This document shows, one piece after another, positions 1 to 9,474 of a stretch of DNA of 31,540 bases. The position numbers and the translations under genes were made by a program. Within the stretch, counting starts at the first letter, position 1. Each line of letters starts with the position of its first letter. The notes beneath the pieces are model-generated. The model had not been told where the DNA came from, did not search any database, and was given only the letters and a program-made list of their open reading frames with translations. This DNA is from a virus (Duplodnaviria > Caudoviricetes), in IMG/VR virus record IMGVR_UViG_3300020161_001213, positions 1 through 31,540 of that record, one strand, 5' to 3'.

Positions 1-436
1 GAGTATATTCTTTGTCACCCTCTTCGTTTTCGGAATAATCAAAGCTTTCGGAAAGTTCTTCGATTTCGTCGGTATCTGCCCAAGTTATTCCAGTGTAAAC
101 GCCGCCCGAACCATTTGCTAGTATGCCTTCGTCGTAACAAACAATTGAGTATTCGTAATCTTCGGTGCGAACCATAGTTCCGCCGCTAAAGTCAACGGAT
201 TGCACCTTGCCGCGCCCAAAGGAAATTCCATTGAGGATGATTTCTTCGTAGTCAACGGCACCGCCCAAAAGCAAATCTTGCTGTTGTAATAGCGACTCTG
301 GCCCACTATAAGTATCGTCAACAAGCCGCCCGCTAATTTTAAACTGCTTTTCTATACGGTATCGGAGTCCAGCATCAAACGCTACTGGCGTATGCGAGTA
401 TTGCAGGAGTTTGACGTTGGAAAAATAGAGAGGCAT
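1..436 (-). CDS. Partial tail protein after the TMP (distal tail/hub-like), runs off the window edge
   Basis: Not in the ORF track. ATG at 434-436 overlaps the TMP stop (TAATG); the frame reads MPLYFSNVKLLQYSHTP...ENEEGDKEYT and stays open to base 1. Function inferred from position only. Confidence 0.7.
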   Translation of the reverse strand, partial: MPLYFSNVKLLQYSHTPVAFDAGLRYRIEKQFKISGRLVDDTYSGPESLLQQQDLLLGGAVDYEEIILNGISFGRGKVQSVDFSGGTMVRTEDYEYSIVCYDEGILANGSGGVYTGITWADTDEIEELSESFDYSENEEGDKEYT

Positions 437-3400
437 TAGGCTATTGCTTTAGCTTTCGGCGGAATCGCGAATCCGTCTTTTTTAGATAGAAATGCTACCA
501 CCGCATCTAGTTCATACTTAACGCCTTCTACGATTTTATCAGCGACCTCTTTTGTAGCGTCTCCCGCCACGGTGACGGTGACGGTATTGGTAACGTCTGG
601 TGTTTTATTTTCTTTCGGGACGAGACTCTCCATGAGTTTCTTTGTAGGCCCGTCAAACTTAATAGTTATTGGTTTCGACTCTTCTCCCGCAATCGCTTCC
701 GCCTCTTTTCTTTGTTTTTCTGCGTTGCCCTTTAGCTGAATAGCCCCGCTTTGCAGGGACGGAAGTAGTTCTCTGATTTGAGACTGTCCCTGAGCGTTCA
801 GAGTTGGATATAGTTTTGTTAGACGGTCTTGAACTTGACCAAATTGACCAGATTTGATTTGGGCGGCGATTGAGTCTCCGATTCCGGGTTTTACTGTAAG
901 CCCGGTTCCCGAAGTATAAGAACCTTGGTCTAGGGCAGCTAGGAAAGGAGATAGTTTTGCGCCGTATGTGGCGGTAATGCCTTGGGCTCCAATGCGAGTT
1001 TTAGCGTTGATTAGGCGGTCTAGTTTTTTCTTACGCTCCTCCTCTGTAGAAGAAAATTCATCTCTGTATCCAGTTGCAAGTTCTTTCGCGGCGGCGGCAT
1101 TAGCCTCTAAAGTTACCTGATTTACATTAGGTTTTTGAACTTTTGTGGGAGTGTATGTGATTTGACGAGATTTCTCGTAATTCGCGTAAGACTCCTCTTG
1201 TGTCATGCCAGAGGCCTTGTATCCAATTTTTTTATCGAAATTTTCAACGTCTGACCAAAGAGATTCCTTTAAACGAGGGTTGTCAGAGTCAAGCCAAGCT
1301 CTCACCAAGGTAGTTCTTTCTTTCAGGTTTTTTCGGGAGTTTTCGTTTATAACTTTATTTTGAGAATCAATATTAGATTTTTCTTTATCTTGACTCTCTA
1401 TTGAGTTTTGATACTCTTTATAATATTTATCATAAACCGCTTTCTCGGCCTCTTTCGCTCTGTCTTCTGGGGACAGTTGTCCACGGTCTTTTCTAGCTTT
1501 AGCAATCTGCTCAGGACTCAATAACACTCCACTATTAAACTCTTGTTCAAGATTAGCCGCCTCTTCGATAGACTTTTTCAAATCCTCTTGGCGGAAAGAC
1601 TCCTGTAGCGACGATTTACGCTCTTCAGTGCCCGGATAACGAAGCGCTCGTTCTCGTATTTTTACTGGGTCCGTCAAAGAGTAACGAGCCGCCAAGCCTT
1701 CATTAACACTTTTCCGAGCCTGAGCTTGAATACCCGCAAACTGAGGCCCATTCGAGGCTAATTGGTTTGAGCTAAACTGCTTCATCGAAGTCTCGAAAGC
1801 TTTCAAAGAAATTTTCTGGTCCCTGCTCGCCTCTAGGATTGCTTTTGAGGTGTCTAAACCTTTCTGCGAATTCTCGATTTGGGCCTTAGTGTTGTTCTTA
1901 ATACCTTCTAACAAACTTTTCTGCTCCTCAATTTCCTGAGTGAGCTTTTTGAATATTTCTTTTGTTTCTGGGTGTAGCTCATTTTTTTGCAAGCTAGATG
2001 CGAGTGATTCCAAAGTGCGAATTGCTTGTTCTGGGCTGTTGACAGACGACAGCCCTTGAAAAGTTTTAACAAATTTGTCGCGCCCGTCCCCTAGTTTGGA
2101 AATAATCTCATCAGGAATTTCGGCCCCTGTTTTCTTTATTCCGATTAGGGCTTTTTTAGTTTCATTAGTCGCGTTTTCCTGCAAAACTGATATTTCACGC
2201 TCTGATTCTACGCGAGCTTTAACTAGCTCTATCTCCGAGTCAAGACGAATATTCGTGCTTTCGGAGCGATAGGGGGACAATGCTTGGTTGCGCCCTTCTA
2301 GCAGAGAAATTGAACCAGAAGAAATTTGAGCATCCCTAGAACGGGAGCCCTCGCTGCGAATTGAGCCCAATTCAAGGCTACGTGCGAGCTTTAGAGATTG
2401 GGAGCGAATTGAATTTCTCACTGCATCAAGTTTAGACTCAACTTCTTTTCTAGCCGCCGCTTGTTTGTCCGTAATAGATACTAATTCTTTCGCAGCGGCG
2501 ACATCTCCAGAGGCGGCGTTTGCTATCAGGTCAATGAAGGCTTGTCTTTTCTCTTCGTCAGCCTCTTTGAGTTGAATGAATAGTTCATCGCCTTTGGCCT
2601 TATCAAACCCGAGAGTGTCAACTACCAGTCTAGCCTGTCCCAGTAGTTTTCCGCTAGCATCTTGCGCCCCCCGAGTTTTTCCTGTTACGCTTTGTTTATT
2701 TAGACCGTAAGCATCTCCCACGGTATAGCTTTCGGTTTCTTTAGAAGCTTGGCTTAGTTTTTTGAGAGCGTCAGCTCTCTCTTTGAGTTGCTTTTCATCA
2801 ACTTTATTGACATCTACCGAACTAATAATAGAGCCAAGGATGGACGACTGACCCAAGCTAGAGTCTCCTTCAAATTTTTTCTCTTTATATGCTGCAATTG
2901 TCGCGACCAACTCAGCTGCTTTGACTTTTCGATTTTTCTCTTCTGCGACGCGAGAGTTTATCTCTTGAACTTTTTTGAAATCTTGATTTTTAGTTGCGTC
3001 GAGAAGTTCGGCTTGCGTCGCAGAGTCAAGACCTGATAAGCTTGATTGGGCGCGGTTTTGAGCCTCTCTTCTTTGTGTTGGGGACAATGACGTGCTTTGT
3101 AAAGTTTCGACTGCATCAGAGAACCCTTTTAGACTGCTTAGTATTTTTTCGCGTTGTTGTGTCTCTACGCCCAAACTCTCATTCAAATCTTCAAATGACT
3201 TAATTGAATTATTTATAATAGAATTATAAGAGCCAATAATTGCAACGCTGGCCCCGATTGCCGCCCCAATTGGGCCGCCAAAAGTCGCGCCAAGTGCTGC
3301 TCCCGCGCCAATTGAGCTTGCGACCCCTTGAATTTTACGATTGCTTCTTTGGTCTTCTCTGTTTTTCCCTCCGTAAGCTTCTGAAGCTAGTCCTCCAAGC

Positions 3401-6400
3401 AGCGGAGCGGCAAAGGATGCAGAAAAAGCGGCGCTAGAAAACCTTTGATTTTTAGCGTAGTTAATCGTTCTACGACCAAGCGACCCCTTATCTGTGAAGT
3501 TAAATAAGCCGGAAGACAAAGAAACTCCGCTGTTTTTAATTCTAGCCAAACGGTCTGCGGCCAGTTCTCTACGTGTTTTAAAATCTGCGCCTCCTTGTGA
3601 TTTTGGTAAAAATGCAGGGGCGAAAGCATAAGGGTCACTTCCTCTGTAGGGAGCCTGCAAACGATTCTGGAGAGCTTTTAAATCTTGGCTCGCACCCCCA
3701 TTAATATTTTGGCTACTACCGCCAAATGGAGAGGCCGTAAAATCATTAAATAATCTTGACTGCGCCCTAAACCCATTGGTTGTCGGAGAGCCTAGTGGAG
3801 AACTTATAAGTCCAGCTTTTGCTAAAGTTTTAAAGTATTTTTTTCTAACTAGTTCTTGCTGTCTTTTCGCTCTAGCAAGTTGGCGGACCTCTAATGCAGT
3901 GGGGTTTACAGACCTAGAAATACTAGGATTTGACAATTCTTTTCTCCTTAAATATTCATTGAGGCCAGACTGAGAACCACTAGATATAGAAGGACTTGAA
4001 GCATTTACACGGCCCTCAAGCTGATTTTTTAACGCCCTCTGCTCTGGGGTTAGCGGGGTATAAGTTCCAGCGGCATTTTCACCAGAAATGAAATTTACGC
4101 GGCTAAAGCCGCGAGGAGTTTTAAGAGAACCTAGTTGTTGAGCGGCGGTGGCAGAAGCTCCGGCTGCCTTCGCTTCTCTTTTATTCTCCTTGCGCCACTC
4201 CTTGCTATTACGAATTTTCTGTCTTAGCGCGACCGCAGAATCTTTTTTATCATATTTAACCCCGTATAAACTAGCAATTTCTTTTAGTTTTTTTGCGTTG
4301 GCCGATTCTAGGTCAAAGCCAACTGCGGCATTCATATATCCCCCAGAAAACCCAAACAAGGCTCTCGCAAACCCAATCACATCATCTGCTTTTTCTACAT
4401 ATGGTGCGGCACCAATAGCCGCCTTTTGTGCAACGCCCTTGGCTTGAGCATATTTTTCCGCCAGTTTTTCTTTTAGAGTAGTCGGGAGCTTTCTTGCTGA
4501 AATTGCCGAAAAGTCAACTCTCCCCCCAGCAAAATTAGTTATAGATGGAATGTTTTTTATTCCAGCTAAATCGGCCAACGCCCTTCTGTGATTTCCATCC
4601 CCTATCTCAAAATAGTTTTCAGGGAACGCGGAAACCTTAATTGGGTCTTTTTTTAGGTATTCGTATAGCTTCTTTTTCGCCACTTTGCTTTTTAGAGCTT
4701 CGCTAATACCAGACGCGCTACTAAAGTCACCAGAGATTCCTATTTTAGATAAGATTTCTCCCATGCCGGTTAAAGTTGGCTTGTTCGCCCCTTTTACAAA
4801 GCCGCCTTGCTTAATGGTTCTTGAGGCATTGAAGAAGCTTGATGCGGCATTCATATATCCCCCAGCCAAAGGAATATACATCCGCCCCGCAAGCCCGCGA
4901 CTTCCAATAACACCAGCATCGCCGCCCGCGAACGGCGCAGAAATCAATTTCACGCCCTGCTTTTTTAGCACGCCAGTTAAACTAGCGCCTGCCTGTTGAA
5001 TATACCCTAGCTGCTCCGCGCCGCTAGAGTTCTTTATCTTGGATGCAAGTCCCTGCGGCAACTGAGTTTCATACTGCTTATAAAGACCAACAATATCATT
5101 ATAGGACGAGAGATTTAAAATTTCACTATCTTTGATTCCAGATAGATTCTTAGAAATCACTTTATCTCCAAAAAGGCCGCCGATGGCTTTGTTGTCCGAG
5201 TAGTTTCCTTTTCCTAGCGTGGCAACAAGCTTATTTGCTACGCCAATACTACCCGCCCCGCGATTTTTGTCGCCGTATTTGGAGTTGACACCACGATAGA
5301 TTGTTTTTGGGATGCCTCCCGCTGCATTGCGAATGCCGCGCCTGTATCCGAAGATTTTAGGGAACTGAATTGCCATCGCTTCTTCTACTGCGAACTTTTC
5401 GTATCCTTTTAGTTTATCTGCTCCATAAGTGTTTTCGACAAACCGCAAAGCATCTTTGGATTTAGTAGGAAGGTATAGCGAGTCGCTATTTTCTTCAAAG
5501 AATTTCCTTGACGCCTTTTTATTCTTGCCATATCCGAAATGAAACCCTTCATGAAGAATAACGTCGCCTAAGCGGTCGTCAATTGCATTGATTCTATAAC
5601 GGTCAGCAGGGCCGCCCCTTTGGGATTCTATAGAGCGTCCAAATACGTCAATCTTTCCAGTGCCGGTGGTGTATAGTCCTTCGTATTTTTTACTAGCCTT
5701 TGAAAAGTCTATTAAAGGAAGCTTCTTGGTAGATATCCCTAAAGTCTCAGTTAGATAGTTGTATAGCTTCGAGTTCGCGCTGTCAATGCTGGCATACGGG
5801 TCTGGGTTGAACTTGCCAAATTTGGTGTTCAATAATCCATCTGGATAATTCGCAATCTTCCCAGTAGGAGGAATAATCGCAGGTTCCCCACTACCCATAT
5901 AATCATGGATAACCTTTTCCTTGTTGTTGTAAACAACAGTTGTTGGTTTCCCATCAATCTGCGTTTTCATGACGCGCACGTCTGAGGGCTGAATGCTGTA
6001 GCCAGCTTTCTTCGCCCCCATAACCTCGTTTACGATGGCTTCACGAGGAACGGAATTGATAGACATGGGCATATGGCCGCCCGCCTTTGTCCTGAATGTG
6101 CCCTGTGCTGGCTTATAGATTACGCCCTGATTGACGAGGTTACGCGAAAGTCCAAGTTGTGCTGCGTTGTCTCTAGCGGATAGCGCGACCCGCTCTTTAA
6201 TAAGTGCAATTAGCTGTTGTTCTTTTTGGACTTGCGATGTGACCGTGCTATTAATGATATTACGAGCATTAATATCCTTATTAAGTAACTCAACAATTCC
6301 CTTTTGAGTGTCCAAGATGCGTGCATTTGGAGCGCCGAGAGATAATACCTCGCCAATAGAATCCTTAGCAAACGAACCAAACTTCTTGAATAGTTTTCCA

Positions 6401-7692
6401 GCCAGCGCAAACAAGTAAACTAGGCCGGGGCCGCCGATAAAGTCGCCAATGCCCGTAAGAATCCCAGTTCCAATTTTCTCACCAATTCCTTTGCCGTCAA
6501 TTGAGTCTCCAACGCTATTAATTAGGCCGAAAATATTCTCCAGCGCGGGGCCAAGAGTAATTTTACCAACTGAAGCTGCAAGCTTAGTAAGGTTTTGACC
6601 CGCCTCATTAGCAAGCGACGCCAAGCTCTTGTTAAGTAGTTCGTTACGTTGATAAGCCTCGTCAGTTGACTTATTGGCAGCGTCGAGGGCTTTGGAATAT
6701 TCTGGGACAACGCGGCCCAAATCGTCAAACAAGCTCTTTACAATGTTAATCTGGTAGCCGCCACCAACAAGCTCCGAAACGAACGCCTGCTGCGACGAAC
6801 CTAAGCTATCATACTTCTGAGAAAGCTCAGATAGAATATTGATAACTGGTAGGGTCTTGCCCTCTAAATCGCGAACCCCAATACCTAGCTGCTCTAGGCT
6901 GTCAAGAGTATCCGAACGCTGAGCGCGGGTAAAAATAGTCTTTAAGGCGTTACCAATAACAGCGCCGCCGCGTGCCGTTCTTTGCTGGACGGCTGTAATA
7001 AGCGCGATAAGCTCGTTGAATGATGCGCCCGCGTCTTGTGCGACCGAACCTGCACGACTCAAACCTTCTGACAAGTCCTTCGCAGAAACCGCGAACTTGG
7101 CATCGACATTTGCCAAACGGTTAATAACGTCGGCAGTAGTTAAGCCCTCTTTAGAAAACTGGTTTACGCTGGCGGTTAGCTGCTCGACTGATTTAACGAA
7201 TTCAAGGCCAGTCAAACGGGCCAGAATCATCGCGTCCGAAGTGCGCGATAGAGTTTCCTCTACGCCCAAACCTTGACGGGAGAACTCTTTGGCGGCCTCA
7301 GCCACATCAAAAAAGCTTTGACCCGTGTTTTTGGCGACATCAAATAAGGAGTCGCTAAACGCGGCCAATCCAGACGCACTCTGGCCAAACAACACGTTAA
7401 TATCAAGCAAGGTTTTTTCAACCTTAATGGCTTGGGAAACCATTTGTTGCAGGGCAGTTGTGATGCCTGCGATAACGCCAGCAGACGCACCGAACGCGAT
7501 AACACGAGCATTGGCCGCCTCTAATGATTTATCAAACTCTGAAACTTTGCCCGTAAGACGACCTAAAGGTGCAGCGCCCGCACTAAAATTCTTCAAGACG
7601 CGGCGCTCAAACTCGCGAGCCTGACGCTCTGCGGTTAGCGGGGTTTGGAGCTTAATATCTCCAATGAGTTCGATGTCAGCGGTAGTAGCCAT
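436..7692 (-). CDS. Tape measure protein (2418 aa) with embedded enzyme-like cargo modules
   Basis: N-terminal TP901-like TMP core (…FDVAKNTGQSFFDVAEAAKEFSRQG…AKDLSEGLSRAGSVA…TARGGAVIGNALKTIF), Gly/Ala-rich hydrophobic segments (GAALGATFGGPIGAAIG), long coiled coils, and position after tail tube and chaperones. Confidence 0.92.
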   Translation of the reverse strand: MATTADIELIGDIKLQTPLTAERQAREFERRVLKNFSAGAAPLGRLTGKVSEFDKSLEAANARVIAFGASAGVIAGITTALQQMVSQAIKVEKTLLDINVLFGQSASGLAAFSDSLFDVAKNTGQSFFDVAEAAKEFSRQGLGVEETLSRTSDAMILARLTGLEFVKSVEQLTASVNQFSKEGLTTADVINRLANVDAKFAVSAKDLSEGLSRAGSVAQDAGASFNELIALITAVQQRTARGGAVIGNALKTIFTRAQRSDTLDSLEQLGIGVRDLEGKTLPVINILSELSQKYDSLGSSQQAFVSELVGGGYQINIVKSLFDDLGRVVPEYSKALDAANKSTDEAYQRNELLNKSLASLANEAGQNLTKLAASVGKITLGPALENIFGLINSVGDSIDGKGIGEKIGTGILTGIGDFIGGPGLVYLFALAGKLFKKFGSFAKDSIGEVLSLGAPNARILDTQKGIVELLNKDINARNIINSTVTSQVQKEQQLIALIKERVALSARDNAAQLGLSRNLVNQGVIYKPAQGTFRTKAGGHMPMSINSVPREAIVNEVMGAKKAGYSIQPSDVRVMKTQIDGKPTTVVYNNKEKVIHDYMGSGEPAIIPPTGKIANYPDGLLNTKFGKFNPDPYASIDSANSKLYNYLTETLGISTKKLPLIDFSKASKKYEGLYTTGTGKIDVFGRSIESQRGGPADRYRINAIDDRLGDVILHEGFHFGYGKNKKASRKFFEENSDSLYLPTKSKDALRFVENTYGADKLKGYEKFAVEEAMAIQFPKIFGYRRGIRNAAGGIPKTIYRGVNSKYGDKNRGAGSIGVANKLVATLGKGNYSDNKAIGGLFGDKVISKNLSGIKDSEILNLSSYNDIVGLYKQYETQLPQGLASKIKNSSGAEQLGYIQQAGASLTGVLKKQGVKLISAPFAGGDAGVIGSRGLAGRMYIPLAGGYMNAASSFFNASRTIKQGGFVKGANKPTLTGMGEILSKIGISGDFSSASGISEALKSKVAKKKLYEYLKKDPIKVSAFPENYFEIGDGNHRRALADLAGIKNIPSITNFAGGRVDFSAISARKLPTTLKEKLAEKYAQAKGVAQKAAIGAAPYVEKADDVIGFARALFGFSGGYMNAAVGFDLESANAKKLKEIASLYGVKYDKKDSAVALRQKIRNSKEWRKENKREAKAAGASATAAQQLGSLKTPRGFSRVNFISGENAAGTYTPLTPEQRALKNQLEGRVNASSPSISSGSQSGLNEYLRRKELSNPSISRSVNPTALEVRQLARAKRQQELVRKKYFKTLAKAGLISSPLGSPTTNGFRAQSRLFNDFTASPFGGSSQNINGGASQDLKALQNRLQAPYRGSDPYAFAPAFLPKSQGGADFKTRRELAADRLARIKNSGVSLSSGLFNFTDKGSLGRRTINYAKNQRFSSAAFSASFAAPLLGGLASEAYGGKNREDQRSNRKIQGVASSIGAGAALGATFGGPIGAAIGASVAIIGSYNSIINNSIKSFEDLNESLGVETQQREKILSSLKGFSDAVETLQSTSLSPTQRREAQNRAQSSLSGLDSATQAELLDATKNQDFKKVQEINSRVAEEKNRKVKAAELVATIAAYKEKKFEGDSSLGQSSILGSIISSVDVNKVDEKQLKERADALKKLSQASKETESYTVGDAYGLNKQSVTGKTRGAQDASGKLLGQARLVVDTLGFDKAKGDELFIQLKEADEEKRQAFIDLIANAASGDVAAAKELVSITDKQAAARKEVESKLDAVRNSIRSQSLKLARSLELGSIRSEGSRSRDAQISSGSISLLEGRNQALSPYRSESTNIRLDSEIELVKARVESEREISVLQENATNETKKALIGIKKTGAEIPDEIISKLGDGRDKFVKTFQGLSSVNSPEQAIRTLESLASSLQKNELHPETKEIFKKLTQEIEEQKSLLEGIKNNTKAQIENSQKGLDTSKAILEASRDQKISLKAFETSMKQFSSNQLASNGPQFAGIQAQARKSVNEGLAARYSLTDPVKIRERALRYPGTEERKSSLQESFRQEDLKKSIEEAANLEQEFNSGVLLSPEQIAKARKDRGQLSPEDRAKEAEKAVYDKYYKEYQNSIESQDKEKSNIDSQNKVINENSRKNLKERTTLVRAWLDSDNPRLKESLWSDVENFDKKIGYKASGMTQEESYANYEKSRQITYTPTKVQKPNVNQVTLEANAAAAKELATGYRDEFSSTEEERKKKLDRLINAKTRIGAQGITATYGAKLSPFLAALDQGSYTSGTGLTVKPGIGDSIAAQIKSGQFGQVQDRLTKLYPTLNAQGQSQIRELLPSLQSGAIQLKGNAEKQRKEAEAIAGEESKPITIKFDGPTKKLMESLVPKENKTPDVTNTVTVTVAGDATKEVADKIVEGVKYELDAVVAFLSKKDGFAIPPKAKAIA
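4324..4865. repeat. Exact 23-bp direct repeat TGCGGCATTCATATATCCCCCAG at 4324-4346 and 4843-4865 (encodes GGYMNAA in the TMP)
   Basis: Both copies read directly from the sequence; offset 519 bp = 173 codons, in frame. Confidence 0.95.
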
Positions 7693-7715
7693 GCCTTATT
7701 CCTGTGTGGAAATGT

Positions 7716-7723
7716 TTACACTA
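7716..7723 (-). promoter_or_regulatory. Putative late-promoter motif TAGTGTAA upstream of the TMP gene
   Basis: The same motif recurs just upstream of many starts in this window. Confidence 0.65.
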
Positions 7724-7739
7724 AATCGGGCCGCCAAAA

Positions 7740-8723
7740 CTATTTTTTGTCAAGTCCTAACAATTTAGCAGCCGCCGCGCCGCGAACCTTGCCGCTTTTC
7801 TGGACAATTTGGTTTAAGCTCTTGGCTTCGTCGCCCATAACAGCCTTAATATCTTCTGTAGAGCCGCCGAAAACGGCCACATTAGACCCCGGCGTATTAA
7901 GAATGTTTGCCGCGTTGGTTTGTCCCGTGCTCCACTCTATTAGCAGGTCTGGATTGTCCAGCAGATGAGCGGGCGGCTTTTTCTTTGGGTCTGATAGGAT
8001 TTCCTTAAACCATCGGCCATAATTAAGTAGTTCAATCTGATAGTAGGTGAGCATTATCGCTGGCACTCCATAAAAGCGCATGGCGTCACCCTCTGAAATC
8101 GCAATCAAGTCTCTTACAAGTTGCGAAAGCCCCGCCTTTTTAACATGGCTTTCTTGATAGTCGCGAATAATCCCATTAATAATGATGATTACGTTTTCAA
8201 TCTCGGGGTCTTCAAGCTCTTCATATTCTTCGGGCGAGAACAGTCCATGCTGACACTCCGAATCGCGGCACAAATTATCAAATATGAATTTTTCGTTAGC
8301 CTTTTTGTCCGCGAACTGTTCTGCCGTGACTCCAACTACCGCGTTTCGCTCCGCTGATTTTTCTGCCGCAACTTTTCTGGCCGCCTCAATCTCTTTCTTT
8401 TTCTCTTCAATCTGAGACGGCCAAGCAAGGGTTTTGAGAACATCCTGTAGCCGCCCGACATATTCGGTGGCATTTAGGTAACTGTTTTCACGCTCCTCAG
8501 TCCACTCGCCCGACTTTTTAAGAGCCTCCAGTCGCGCCTGTAATGTTGGAATGTTTTTGGACTCGCACTGCCGTATAATTTCATCGTAATGATACGTGCT
8601 TTCGCCTCTGCGAGAAGGAGTTAGGTGACGAAAAAAAGCGGAGCGCCCCAGCAAATTAACTGGCGTGCGCCCCGCGATTATCTCCGAAAAAACTCGCTCT
8701 ACATTAAACTTGTTCTCCGTCAA
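7740..8723 (-). CDS. Putative tail assembly chaperone (second gene, T-like)
   Basis: 327-aa helical protein directly before the TMP; TTG start overlapping the upstream gene. Synteny only. Confidence 0.6.
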   Translation of the reverse strand: MTENKFNVERVFSEIIAGRTPVNLLGRSAFFRHLTPSRRGESTYHYDEIIRQCESKNIPTLQARLEALKKSGEWTEERENSYLNATEYVGRLQDVLKTLAWPSQIEEKKKEIEAARKVAAEKSAERNAVVGVTAEQFADKKANEKFIFDNLCRDSECQHGLFSPEEYEELEDPEIENVIIIINGIIRDYQESHVKKAGLSQLVRDLIAISEGDAMRFYGVPAIMLTYYQIELLNYGRWFKEILSDPKKKPPAHLLDNPDLLIEWSTGQTNAANILNTPGSNVAVFGGSTEDIKAVMGDEAKSLNQIVQKSGKVRGAAAAKLLGLDKK

Positions 8724-9456
8724 GGTCGGTAAAGAATTTCTGGAATTCCTCTTGGGTTCCCGCTCCTGTGTGATACCAGATAGAGACGGCGCTCATAGCC
8801 TGCGTAAGAACCTTATTCTGGAACTTAACATCTTCAAGCGGAACATCATCAATTTCGTCTAGGTTGTTCCACGCCTCTAGCCGCTCATCGACATTCTTAC
8901 CATCAAAATAAGGTTCCCAACCCTCACCGCTTGACTTGTAGAGAAGGGCCGCAAGCCACCAAACAACAGTTTTATTTCGCGCCCAGTGTTCGGCGCTGCT
9001 AGAGTAGAGGCTCTGAGTTTCCAGTTCAAATTTTTGGATTTCACGAACAATCTCGTGAATTTCTGTTTGCAGGGTTTTGACTCGCTCCTCGTCCTTGCCA
9101 TCGGCGGCTGAAACTAGTTTTTGTAGTTCGAGTTTCTTGACTAGCAACTCCCCATGCTTGCGCGAATAGTCTTTTTGCTCCTCTTTCGAGAATACGCCGC
9201 CATCATTTTCTAGGCGCTTACTGATGAGGGCTTTAGACAAAAGACCAGCGCTCAGTCCCTTGCTAACCTGACTGTGGTAATATAGCTCGGCATCATCCGA
9301 CATTGCCCGCGAGGGCTTGCGTAAACAAAAAGCTACCGGAGCCATCTCCTTAACCTTTTCAATGGCAACAACCGTGTTGCCAGCCTCGTTTACTGTTTCA
9401 GTTCGCTTTTCGACTTCCTGTTCTTTGTCAACAGAGAATGTATATAGTATCTTCAT
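8704..9456 (-). CDS. Putative tail assembly chaperone (first gene, G-like)
   Basis: 250-aa acidic/coiled-coil protein between tail tube and TMP; synteny. Confidence 0.6.
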   Translation of the reverse strand: MKILYTFSVDKEQEVEKRTETVNEAGNTVVAIEKVKEMAPVAFCLRKPSRAMSDDAELYYHSQVSKGLSAGLLSKALISKRLENDGGVFSKEEQKDYSRKHGELLVKKLELQKLVSAADGKDEERVKTLQTEIHEIVREIQKFELETQSLYSSSAEHWARNKTVVWWLAALLYKSSGEGWEPYFDGKNVDERLEAWNNLDEIDDVPLEDVKFQNKVLTQAMSAVSIWYHTGAGTQEEFQKFFTDLDGEQV

Positions 9457-9474
9457 GTGTATTTCCTTATTCCT

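Noticed and set aside
118-324. 68-aa minus-strand ORF in the track
   Set aside because: Out of frame within the better ORF starting at 436, which is coupled to the TMP stop and open to the edge.
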